64,000 bases of DNA. Source: Candidatus Omnitrophota bacterium (lineage in GTDB: Bacteria > Omnitrophota > Gorgyraeia > Tantalellales > Tantalellaceae). The translations under genes were made by a program, and so were the position numbers. The stretch lies in NCBI GenBank assembly GCA_015231405.1, contig JADGBR010000002.1, positions 4,642-68,641 of the forward strand, given 5' to 3'. This document shows, piece by piece, positions 9,126-17,607 of the stretch. Below the pieces are notes generated by a model. The model was not told where the DNA came from, made no database searches, and worked only from the letters and a program-made list of their open reading frames with translations. How positions within the stretch are numbered: the stretch's first letter is position 1; each line of letters starts with the position of its first letter.

Positions 9126-10069
9126 TCGATATTTCTCCTCAACCCTTCGTCTATGAACACTTTCGGCTCCCATCCGAACAGCTTTTTAGCCAGCGAATAA
9201 TCGCATAAAAGTTTCGGCACCTGCGCCAGCCGGTCCTTTGTGTGCACTATCTTGGACTTCGACCGGCAGAGCTCTTTTATTTTTTCGGCAATATAGTTGA
9301 TCGTAATGGCCTCTCCCGTACCGAAATTCACCGATCTCCCGACGGCATCTTTGTGTATCCCCATTAACAGGAAAGCGTCCACCATGTCGTCGACATAGGT
9401 AAAATCCCTCGACTGGTTCCCGTTCCCGTGTACGGTGATGGGCTTATTCCCGAGAGCTAGCTCGATGAATTTTGGTATGACGTCGTATGTGTGTCGCGGC
9501 CCGTAGGTGTTAAATGGCCTTATCACGGCAACGGGAAGCCCGTAGGTATTCCAGTAAGCATAGCAGTATTTATCCGCGGCGACCTTGCTGGCGGCGTAAG
9601 GAGAGGACGGAAAGAACAGGTGGTCCTCATTGATCGAGCCGCCTATCGTCATGCCGTATATTTCGCTCGAGGAAGTGCAGATGATACGTTTTATGCCGGA
9701 CCCTTCCTTCACCGCGTGAAGCATGTTAAGGGTCCCTATGACGTTCGTTTCCATGACCTCCATCGGATGGTCAAAAGAGTTAGGCACATAAGCGTCGGCG
9801 GCCAGGTGGAAAATTATATCGGGTCTAGCCTTTATCGCCAGGTCTTTGGCGTCGGGCGAAGCGATATTGCCGGTAATTATCTCGTCCAAGTCCTTTTCCG
9901 CATGCGATAAATTCTTTAAAGTGTATTTGGTGGTGCCGGTAGTCGAATTCCCTCTTACAAATATCGATACTTTGGCTCCCTCGCCGAGAAGTTTTTCGGT
10001 AAGGTGAGACCCCATGAACCCGTCCGCCCCCGTAACCAGGACTCTTTTTCCTCTGTATTTACCGAACAT
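9104..10069 (-). CDS. NAD-dependent nucleotide-sugar 4,6-dehydratase/epimerase (extended SDR)
   Basis: VTGADGFMGSHL, HLAA, SSSEIYG, YAASK, RPFNTYGPR, RDFTYVDD. Confidence 0.92.
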   Translation of the reverse strand: MFGKYRGKRVLVTGADGFMGSHLTEKLLGEGAKVSIFVRGNSTTGTTKYTLKNLSHAEKDLDEIITGNIASPDAKDLAIKARPDIIFHLAADAYVPNSFDHPMEVMETNVIGTLNMLHAVKEGSGIKRIICTSSSEIYGMTIGGSINEDHLFFPSSPYAASKVAADKYCYAYWNTYGLPVAVIRPFNTYGPRHTYDVIPKFIELALGNKPITVHGNGNQSRDFTYVDDMVDAFLLMGIHKDAVGRSVNFGTGEAITINYIAEKIKELCRSKSKIVHTKDRLAQVPKLLCDYSLAKKLFGWEPKVFIDEGLRRNIEWVKERL

Positions 10070-10147
10070 TGTTCCCTCCGGAATATTCGTTGTGATCTTT
10101 TCGGAATAAATGAGATTTGACTGTATGTATAATAATAATGATTTATC

Positions 10148-10176
10148 AGTATATCATCCTAAATGGGGGGGAACAA
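10148..10176 (-). promoter_or_regulatory. Putative sigma70 promoter for the 10069-to-1 gene block
   Basis: Minus strand TTGTTC-N17-TATACT with extended -10 TG, in an AT-rich intergenic region. Confidence 0.45.
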
Positions 10177-10220
10177 CTAGAAAAGACGCGTAAACTTGAG
10201 GTTAGGTTAAGATAAAAGGC

Positions 10221-10303
10221 ATCATCCCCGCGAACAGATTTAAAAACGGGGATCAAATGAAAATATTTCACTTTTATGGGGTTCCCGCTTTCGCGGGAAT
10301 GAC
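10221..10303. repeat. GTCATTCCCGCGAAAGCGGGAA-type palindromic repeat pair
   Basis: Intact gggttcccgctttcgcgggaatgac at 10279-10303 and degenerate inverted partner atcatccccgcgaa...cggggatc at 10221-10254. Confidence 0.75.
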
Positions 10304-10347
10304 ATTTTTAACTTTCGCTGATATACGGTTACAAGAGAACCCAGACC

Positions 10348-10737
10348 CTAAGCGATTTGAGCCTGCTCTCTCAAAGTCTCGAACTGGTCCTTGATCCTGT
10401 CATAGACGAATTCCGCGATCTGGGTCTTGTTCTCTTTTGACATCTCCAGGAACTTGCCGCCGACCAGAAATTGCTCATCGGTAGGCGATTTATGGATCCA
10501 CATTATTTTGAATATCGTCCTGACATTGTGAGCCACGAGCGGCAGATCGAATTCCAGGATCAATTTGTGGGACATGGCCGTAAAATGGTCCAGATAGAAA
10601 GACATCCCTCCCAAGCTTAAATTCTTGGCCAATACCTCCATGGGTGTTTCTTTCGCCAACAAAAAATCCTTACATTTCAATGCAAGATCAACGCTTATTC
10701 TCGGGTGTTTCCTATTATTGTGTACTAGTCCACTCAT
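10348..10737 (-). CDS. Single-domain PilZ protein (c-di-GMP receptor candidate)
   Basis: RKHPR (RxxxR) and NLSLGG ([D/N]xSxGG) motifs; GAGGAGG RBS. Confidence 0.88.
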   Translation of the reverse strand: MSGLVHNNRKHPRISVDLALKCKDFLLAKETPMEVLAKNLSLGGMSFYLDHFTAMSHKLILEFDLPLVAHNVRTIFKIMWIHKSPTDEQFLVGGKFLEMSKENKTQIAEFVYDRIKDQFETLREQAQIA

Positions 10738-10803
10738 AATACACCTCCTCTCCTACAATTGCTGTTTCAATTTTTTCCCTTTTTCCATTGTATTATCATA
10801 TCT

Positions 10804-10831
10804 ATTATATCACTTCAGGTGATAGATTCAA
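10804..10831 (-). promoter_or_regulatory. Putative sigma70 promoter of the PilZ gene with an overlapping palindromic operator
   Basis: Minus strand TTGAAT-N16-TATAAT with TG extension; TATCAC-N5-GTGATA at 10808-10824. Confidence 0.55.
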
Positions 10832-10869
10832 GTGTTTTGTTCTAACTATTTCATAGATAACAAAGGCGG

Positions 10870-10940
10870 GGCATTACCGCAAAAGTGAAGATCAAATAAA
10901 ATATCGTTGTTTTTGTGAAGTCCAAGTTTTTCGGAATGAC
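10870..10940. repeat. Degenerate second copy of the GTCATTCCCGC-type palindromic pair
   Basis: ggcattaccgcaaaagtgaagatc ... gtttttcggaatgac resembles both ends of the 10221-10303 element. Confidence 0.4.
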
Positions 10941-10969
10941 AATTTTAATTATAAACTTGAACATTCATT

Positions 10970-12697
10970 TCAGATCACTTTCCGACGGGAAATGAATTTT
11001 CTCGCGATCATTTTCAATGTTTTTTTAATGGAACCGCATTTAAGGTCTTCCGAGGGAGTTTCGGGCTCGTAATCCAACGCTAACTTCACCGATATTTTAA
11101 TTTTTTCGGATGCGGACAAACGCGATATTTCACCGTCAAATCCTGGGTCCGGCGGGGGATAATCACCGGACCCGTGGTCATTTGAGCCTTTCCTTTTCAT
11201 CACTCTGTATTTTCCTATTGTCCAGAACTCATGGATATCATTCATAGAGACTTGTTTAAGAGCCCGCCTATTGACGGCGTGGTCAAGTATGGCCGATAGT
11301 ATCGCGGGTACTTCCGGATATTTCGGGCTTGTATGCGCGTAAACTATGACCGGTATGGAATTGGATATCATGTAGTCTATAGCATTTTCATAATACATTA
11401 TGATCGCCTCTATGTTCCCGTACCTCTTATCGAGAAAGAGTTCCGGGGCCACCGGAAATACGGGGATCTGGAGAACACGCGACCAACCGTCCCTAAGACA
11501 TGGATACGACGGATATCCGGAATAATCGTATGCGAAATCGGACGAATATAAATAACCTTCATCCTCCAGCGCCTTCATAAGTGAGGGGACATAGCGCCCT
11601 GTAGGGGCAGCGAACCCGGTCGTCACGATACCGATATTCCTGAAAAACTCTCCGGCTTTTCTTATATTATGCCTGTTGGTGGCGTAATCCCCGTAGGCGG
11701 CGTGATAATATCCGTGCGAACCCACGTCTATCCCGAGACCACGGCATTTTATTATCTCGTCAGGAGCTTTCTCGAACGATCTTACGTTAAAAAATATCGT
11801 TATCGCGCGGCTGTACTTCGAGAAAACCGGATAATACGCGTTGAACGTCCCCTTCTCATACTCGTCAGCGTCTATCCTGAGACAAAAGCTGTCGGAGGGG
11901 AACGTCTGTTCATTTTTTGAACGCCCGAAAGACCTTTCGGAAGCGACCCTTTCCCTGACCCTCATCCCCCGGGGTCCGAAATCCTTGTAAACCGACCGGC
12001 GGGCTTTTTTAAAAAAACCTGTCCCGGCATCCTCCAGGCCCATCCTGTCGGAAGCTTTATAGGACAGGCTGAGTGACCCGTCCTGTGCTATACCGGCGCA
12101 TGCCCCGCCCTCTATCATCCTCGCGGTTTTATCCAGAAGCTCCGCCCCGAGCGAGAGGTTCTTCATCCTTAACGACCGAAGATCATCATGGGGACGCACC
12201 TTAAGGGTTTTCCGCATCAGGATATCGCCCGCGTCCAGATCTTCGCTTATAAAATGAACTGTTACGCCTATCTTATCGATATCGTTATTGCGAAGAGCCC
12301 AGAATTCAGAATCGGCGCCCCTGTAATACGGCAGTATGCCGGAATGGAGATTTATGGCCCCTCGGGAAGCCTTACCGAAAATGTCGGCCGAAAGTTTACG
12401 CGTCCCGACGACAATGATAAGTTCCGGGGATATTTCCCCGAGCGCTTTCCCGGATTCCGGGGAGTTTATGTCTAGGACCCTGACAACTTTCAGGGCGGGG
12501 TATCTTCGCGCGAGCGCCTCATAATTCATTGCAAGTATCGCTCCATTAAGGAGATAAAGGGCTCTCTTGACCCTCGCCTTTAAGGTCACGGGCTTGACCT
12601 CGTAAACGATGGCCCTAATGTCATGACCCCGGGAAAGAAGCTTCCCCGAAACCATAAGGCCGTCAAGAATATCGCTGGTAAGTAACGCTATCCTCAT
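10970..12697 (-). CDS. Formyltransferase / polysaccharide deacetylase (NodB-like) fusion
   Basis: N-half AINLHSGILPYYRG, GVTVHFISEDLDAGDI; C-half LRIDAD, GSHGYYH, GFAAP, YSSD. Confidence 0.82.
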   Translation of the reverse strand: MRIALLTSDILDGLMVSGKLLSRGHDIRAIVYEVKPVTLKARVKRALYLLNGAILAMNYEALARRYPALKVVRVLDINSPESGKALGEISPELIIVVGTRKLSADIFGKASRGAINLHSGILPYYRGADSEFWALRNNDIDKIGVTVHFISEDLDAGDILMRKTLKVRPHDDLRSLRMKNLSLGAELLDKTARMIEGGACAGIAQDGSLSLSYKASDRMGLEDAGTGFFKKARRSVYKDFGPRGMRVRERVASERSFGRSKNEQTFPSDSFCLRIDADEYEKGTFNAYYPVFSKYSRAITIFFNVRSFEKAPDEIIKCRGLGIDVGSHGYYHAAYGDYATNRHNIRKAGEFFRNIGIVTTGFAAPTGRYVPSLMKALEDEGYLYSSDFAYDYSGYPSYPCLRDGWSRVLQIPVFPVAPELFLDKRYGNIEAIIMYYENAIDYMISNSIPVIVYAHTSPKYPEVPAILSAILDHAVNRRALKQVSMNDIHEFWTIGKYRVMKRKGSNDHGSGDYPPPDPGFDGEISRLSASEKIKISVKLALDYEPETPSEDLKCGSIKKTLKMIARKFISRRKVI

Positions 12698-13605
12698 CCG
12701 ATAAAGTCCTTCAGGTCGTATTTACGTTCAAGGAACTCTGTTTTCATTAGAGCCCTCTTCTTAAGAGCAAGCGGCAGACGTTTCAACGCTCCGATGAACC
12801 CGATAAGCACCGTGTCCTGTCCCTTGAGAAGGAGAACTAATATCCTTGGCAAGGTGAGAAGAATATGCGCGAACAGTATGTCCTTCTCCCTCACGTTCTT
12901 CCAGATAAAGAGGAACATGTTCCTGTGGGCTATCGTCATCTTCCTCTTTTTCCCGTACTCCCTGTGAAAAGTGGTCGACTCGTCATGGAATACCACCGAC
13001 CGCGGCTCGTAAACCCCTTCCCACCCCAGACACATCGCCCTGAAACAAAGGTCGACCTCCTCCCATATGCCGGGAAGGTATAAGTCGTCGAACCCGCCCA
13101 TCGAAACAAAAGCGTCCCTCCGGAAGGCTCCGGTAGCGATCGAATGGGTCTTGCCTCCGGACATGAAATTATCATAATCCACCCTCATTTTTACCGCCCC
13201 CAGAGAGAATCCCAGGAAAGACTTTCCCCCATTGAAAGTGCCGTCGAAGTTCATGAGCCTGGGAGCGGCGAACATTATCTTTTCGTTCGAGAAATGCGCG
13301 ACGAGCGGGTCAATAAAATCCGGCTCCGCCTTCATATCGGTATTGAGTAGTATGACCACGTCGCTGTCGAGGCCCGCGACGAAAGCGTTGTAAGAAAATA
13401 GGACCAGGTTCCGTGGAGCGGGTATGAATCCCACTCCCGGGAAAGACCCTGCGACCAGCTCACGGCTCGAGTCGCTCGAACAATTATCGAGAACGTATAC
13501 CGCTGAATCGTGTACGGATCTTATGGCTGCCGCGCATACGGAGGGAAGGTACTTTTCCAAAAGGTCTCTGCCGTTATAGTTCAGTATGATTATGTCTATT
13601 TTCAC
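12694..13605 (-). CDS. Glycosyltransferase family 2 (rhamnosyltransferase-like)
   Basis: IIILNYNG, LDNCSSD, LLNTD, GGFDD, EEVDLCFR. Confidence 0.9.
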   Translation of the reverse strand: MKIDIIILNYNGRDLLEKYLPSVCAAAIRSVHDSAVYVLDNCSSDSSRELVAGSFPGVGFIPAPRNLVLFSYNAFVAGLDSDVVILLNTDMKAEPDFIDPLVAHFSNEKIMFAAPRLMNFDGTFNGGKSFLGFSLGAVKMRVDYDNFMSGGKTHSIATGAFRRDAFVSMGGFDDLYLPGIWEEVDLCFRAMCLGWEGVYEPRSVVFHDESTTFHREYGKKRKMTIAHRNMFLFIWKNVREKDILFAHILLTLPRILVLLLKGQDTVLIGFIGALKRLPLALKKRALMKTEFLERKYDLKDFIG

Positions 13606-13628
13606 GGAAAATACCTTTCACTTCTTCT

Positions 13629-15197
13629 TTATCGTTCCAACGTCTTTCCGGCGTTTCGGTCAGTCAAACAGAAAATCACGACGAAAAAAGCCGAAACCAG
13701 AAAAATAGCCGCGAGCGCTCCTGTAATGACGTAAACCAGATAAGAGTATTCAGGCGCGAAATGGAGTACTTTTATGGACCAGGCGTCAAACGCGTTATAA
13801 TCTTTCATACTGGCAATGATGGGCTTCGCGAACCAGTAATCGGGATCGTACATGAAAGGCACGTCTCTTCCGGATAACAGATAACTTACCCTGGCCATGA
13901 ACATCTTCCAGGCACCCGATATCGGAGAGAGGTCCGGCACAAAGTTTATTAGGTATTCTTCCTGGCCCAGGCGCTCTTTCACGAAAAAATAGAATTTGGA
14001 CTGATTGATCAGCATGCACGGCGCCATGGCGAGGAATCCGGCCATTGAAAAGAGCGTAATAAGTATCCTGGCGGCTAAACCTTTTGAGCGCGAAAGGTAT
14101 CCCCCGAGTACTAAAGCCATAAAAGGGACCGCGATAAGCAGGTATCTGGGTCCCCACGAGAAAAGCGATCCCCTTCTGAAATGGTTGGAATAAAAGAACA
14201 ATACCCCAAGGAAAAACATGAGGTAAAATATCATTTCCTTATCCTTCTTTCTGAATATATCCCTCACGGCGAAGATCGACAGCGCAAGCGGGATGTTATA
14301 ATAAAGGAACCCTTTGCCCGGGCTGACAAGGTAATAAAAGAGCCCTTTGACGAGATGCTGTCCCCTGAGAAGATGCCCCTTCATGTCCGTAACGCTGTAC
14401 GCCGTTCCCCCCGGAAAAAGATCGGAGTAGCCTTTGTAATAAGCGAACGCGAGAGTTGAGGAGACCGCCAATGACAAAAAGAAAGAGACCGCCGCGATAT
14501 ACTTACTTTTTCGGTCCAGCGGGCTGTCACATATCACCCAAAGGCCGTACAGAGTGAAGAAAGGTATATAAATAAAACTTTGCTGCCTCGCGAACATAGC
14601 GCACGCGCCGGCCAATGCCGCGAGGAACAGGAACCGCAACTTTTGTCCATCCTTATACATCAGGATACAGAGCGCCGACGTCAACAGGAACAGAATTAAC
14701 GTCGGCTCCGAAAAACCCGTGCGCGAGTAGACCGGAGCCATGGTACAGAGGCCATACACGAGCGATATCGCAACCGCGCCGGACCGTCCATGTCCCAGCC
14801 TGAGAGATATCAGGAAAATAAGCAACGCGTTGAAAGTCGATACGGTCGGGTTGAAGAAAGACACCGCCATCATCGTTATAAAATCGTGAGGGATATTCAC
14901 CAAAAAACGCGCCGCGAAATGTCCAAAGGCGTAAAAAGGGGTTATAAGGGCCGGAACTCCTATCCCCGCTCTTGAAGAATATCTTTTCCCGTCATTACCC
15001 ACAATGCCAGCATTCACCTTGTAACCAAGTGCGTTCTTTCCGTCCGGCTTCTCTATAAAAGCCGTTCCTTGCCCCAGCACGATACTTTCGGCGGTAAGGT
15101 AATCCTCGTAACCGTCGCCCCCGAAATGCCCTATCGAGAAAAATACGTAGAAAGATAAAAACAAAAAGAAGACCGCAAATCCTGTTTTATAGTTCAT
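13629..15197 (-). CDS. Polytopic membrane protein, probable GT-C superfamily glycosyltransferase
   Basis: About 11-12 hydrophobic segments, acidic GDGYED after TM1, FSEP, SPGKG, WGPRYL. Confidence 0.65.
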   Translation of the reverse strand: MNYKTGFAVFFLFLSFYVFFSIGHFGGDGYEDYLTAESIVLGQGTAFIEKPDGKNALGYKVNAGIVGNDGKRYSSRAGIGVPALITPFYAFGHFAARFLVNIPHDFITMMAVSFFNPTVSTFNALLIFLISLRLGHGRSGAVAISLVYGLCTMAPVYSRTGFSEPTLILFLLTSALCILMYKDGQKLRFLFLAALAGACAMFARQQSFIYIPFFTLYGLWVICDSPLDRKSKYIAAVSFFLSLAVSSTLAFAYYKGYSDLFPGGTAYSVTDMKGHLLRGQHLVKGLFYYLVSPGKGFLYYNIPLALSIFAVRDIFRKKDKEMIFYLMFFLGVLFFYSNHFRRGSLFSWGPRYLLIAVPFMALVLGGYLSRSKGLAARILITLFSMAGFLAMAPCMLINQSKFYFFVKERLGQEEYLINFVPDLSPISGAWKMFMARVSYLLSGRDVPFMYDPDYWFAKPIIASMKDYNAFDAWSIKVLHFAPEYSYLVYVITGALAAIFLVSAFFVVIFCLTDRNAGKTLER

Positions 15198-15200
15198 TTC

Positions 15201-16649
15201 TCATCCTTTTAGCACCGCCAGGGGCTTTAGCTTCGCTACCTTCCGGGCAAGCCCGATAGTCGAAAGATAGTCCGCCGCCAGACCGACGTTCTTGAAACAG
15301 CGAGGGTCCTGTCTTACTATTTTTTTGGAATTACCTTTGTAAAGGGTTATTCCCCTCCCCTTGAGAAGATCGACAAGCTCTTCCCTGGTTGACGACACCT
15401 CACCTATCTTATCTTTCCTGATACGGCCTGAACCGTGCCCGGCGGAATTGTAAGTACGGCTATTCCCTTCCATAGCCAGCGAGATATAGGTCGGGTCCCC
15501 CATGGATCCCGGAAGAAAGACAGGAGTTCCGGTATCTTCGAAAGGCGTCCCGGTGGCTTTCCCCGGGGGAAGAGCTCTTACACCACCTGTCCGATGCACC
15601 CACATATCCGACCCGGAATGACGCTCGAGATTGATCGACATATGCGAAAGATCATACAGAGTTCTCACCTCTTTGGTCTCCGGCCCGAATATTCCGCTCA
15701 CAGCCTTTTTAATTTTGTACGATATCAAAGCCCTGTTCGCGTAAGCGAAGTTGGCTCCGCCCATAAGAGCCGAAAGATAGAGCCCGGCGCTCGACGACCC
15801 TGCCTCAAGACCGAAAAGCGGGCATTCGCCGTCACGCGTCCGGAACATCATTTCTCGGAACAGCCCAAGCCTGGACCGGTTAAACGAGGACAACATCCGT
15901 TCGACGGCCACAAAACCCAGCATTAACGGCTCTCTGGCGCCGAGTGTCCTGGGTGAATACAAGTTCGTGAGCATGGCTCCGAAGCCTCCCGAGCCGGAAT
16001 GCGCCAAAATGTAACAACCGTTCTTCTTTATGCCCAATACTCCGGCGTTCTTTTCGTCGAATACTTCCTCCACCGTCTGCAATTCTATGAAATGGTTCCC
16101 GCCCCCCAGGATACCCAGCCTCCGCCTGGACAGCTCCATAACATGTTTCGGTACAGCGTCTTCTAGAAGCGAGTCTGCCCCCGGAACTCCGTTAAAAGCA
16201 TTGCCCCGGAGTTCGACATTATCGAGGTCGTCGGGACAATCCTTATACCTCGCCAGCACCCATCCCGCGCCCTCCCTCATTATGCCCTTTACATCCGAAA
16301 GAGCCAACTTCTCTTCAGTTAGCGAACCAAGACATATGGAATCCGCTAATTTAGAAAACAATTCGTTCATTCTCACGGGAGTGACGCGATCGTTCGTGAA
16401 AGGGAGCTCGAGCATCCTCATGCCGCAGTTCGGACCTGAGACCATAAGCTGCGGGAATATGTGCCCCGGGGAAACAGCCACGGCTCCGGTAGGAAAATCG
16501 TTGTCGAATTTGTCGTGGATATCTATTAGCCCGACAACGGGACTCGCGATCCTTTTGTCGGAAGCTATCAGGGCCAACTGCACTAGCGCCCTCTCAGAAG
16601 GCATAAGCTCATCGGGGGTATAAATGGCCACTTTATCCCGTTTATACAT
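15201..16649 (-). CDS. rtcB: Divergent RtcB-family protein (GTP-dependent 3'-phosphate ligase fold), 482 aa
   Basis: DIH, NCGMR, LGILGGGNHFIELQ, HSGS, NFAYANR, PGSMG, SAGHGSGR, C-terminal LKG; start moved to ATG 16649, overlapping the upstream stop. Confidence 0.85.
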   Translation of the reverse strand: MYKRDKVAIYTPDELMPSERALVQLALIASDKRIASPVVGLIDIHDKFDNDFPTGAVAVSPGHIFPQLMVSGPNCGMRMLELPFTNDRVTPVRMNELFSKLADSICLGSLTEEKLALSDVKGIMREGAGWVLARYKDCPDDLDNVELRGNAFNGVPGADSLLEDAVPKHVMELSRRRLGILGGGNHFIELQTVEEVFDEKNAGVLGIKKNGCYILAHSGSGGFGAMLTNLYSPRTLGAREPLMLGFVAVERMLSSFNRSRLGLFREMMFRTRDGECPLFGLEAGSSSAGLYLSALMGGANFAYANRALISYKIKKAVSGIFGPETKEVRTLYDLSHMSINLERHSGSDMWVHRTGGVRALPPGKATGTPFEDTGTPVFLPGSMGDPTYISLAMEGNSRTYNSAGHGSGRIRKDKIGEVSSTREELVDLLKGRGITLYKGNSKKIVRQDPRCFKNVGLAADYLSTIGLARKVAKLKPLAVLKG

Positions 16650-17607
16650 CTTCACTCTCCGCGCAAACCTCAACGACCTCTTTTTCGGCGAACAGATTGT
16701 GCGAATACCTGAGCCGCACGAAAAAGAACATCCCGGATACGAGTGCCGTAGAGACCACCACAGCCCTGTCGATCGCGGCGACCATAAAGCCTTCCGCAAC
16801 AGAGAACCCTATTAAAAGAGAACTGACAGAGACGACCGTTTCCCTTATGCCCATATTGGAAGGTATCAGATTCACCATGTTCGACAGCTCCGTTATAGGT
16901 ATTATCGCCGCGACATTAAGGAATGAAACCTCGTACGAAAGAGCCGTGAAAACGACATAGTACCGCAAAATGAAAGCAAGATTTATTCCCATCTGGATCG
17001 CCGCCAGGCTATATATGAGCCTTCTGTCCACTTTAACGCTTTTGATGTCTTTTATGGCTTCCGATATCCTGGTGAATACGCCGTATCTATTGAGAAAGCC
17101 GGGTATAGGCACAAAAAAAACGGCCACGGAGACGGCCATGGCGCATACGTAAATGACCACAGGAACCAACAGGACCGGGGTTCCATGCTCGGCCATATAG
17201 ACCAGGCTCCCGGCGAGACCTACCAGACCGCATGTAAAAACGGCGGCGACGCTTCGTATGAGCCCGGTCGACAGGAATTTTGTATAACCGAAACCGTACT
17301 TTGACCTCAGATAAACGGCGTTCGTGACGATACCGGCGTTAGGCAGAAAAAGGTTATAGAACGCCATCATTACGCTCAGCCCGAAACACTCGTTCCTTTT
17401 AATTTTCACATCGTGCCTCCTAAGCAGCACGTGGAGCTTCATCCCGTCAAGATATCTCCCGGCCAGATATATAAACGCGATGAGCAAGAACTCGAGCTTA
17501 TGTTCCAAGAAACTCGCTTTTATGACTTCAAATTTCTTCCCGAGTATAAGAATTATGAATATCAACGTGGCGATAAGGACAATACTGTTAAACTTTTTTT
17601 TCAGCAT
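16642..17607 (-). CDS. Flippase-like membrane protein (lysylphosphatidylglycerol synthase TM / AglD2-like)
   Basis: About 8 TM segments, FYNLFLP, PSNMGIRE, AIDR. Confidence 0.78.
   Translation of the reverse strand: MLKKKFNSIVLIATLIFIILILGKKFEVIKASFLEHKLEFLLIAFIYLAGRYLDGMKLHVLLRRHDVKIKRNECFGLSVMMAFYNLFLPNAGIVTNAVYLRSKYGFGYTKFLSTGLIRSVAAVFTCGLVGLAGSLVYMAEHGTPVLLVPVVIYVCAMAVSVAVFFVPIPGFLNRYGVFTRISEAIKDIKSVKVDRRLIYSLAAIQMGINLAFILRYYVVFTALSYEVSFLNVAAIIPITELSNMVNLIPSNMGIRETVVSVSSLLIGFSVAEGFMVAAIDRAVVVSTALVSGMFFFVRLRYSHNLFAEKEVVEVCAESEDV

Noticed and set aside
10165-10171. G7 run in the spacer of the putative promoter upstream of 10069
   Set aside because: Too short to call a phase-variable promoter, and the promoter itself is only predicted.
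16650-16799. 50-aa N-terminal extension of the RtcB-like ORF in the track
   Set aside because: It overlaps the upstream flippase gene; ATG 16649 gives a normal RtcB length and stop/start coupling.
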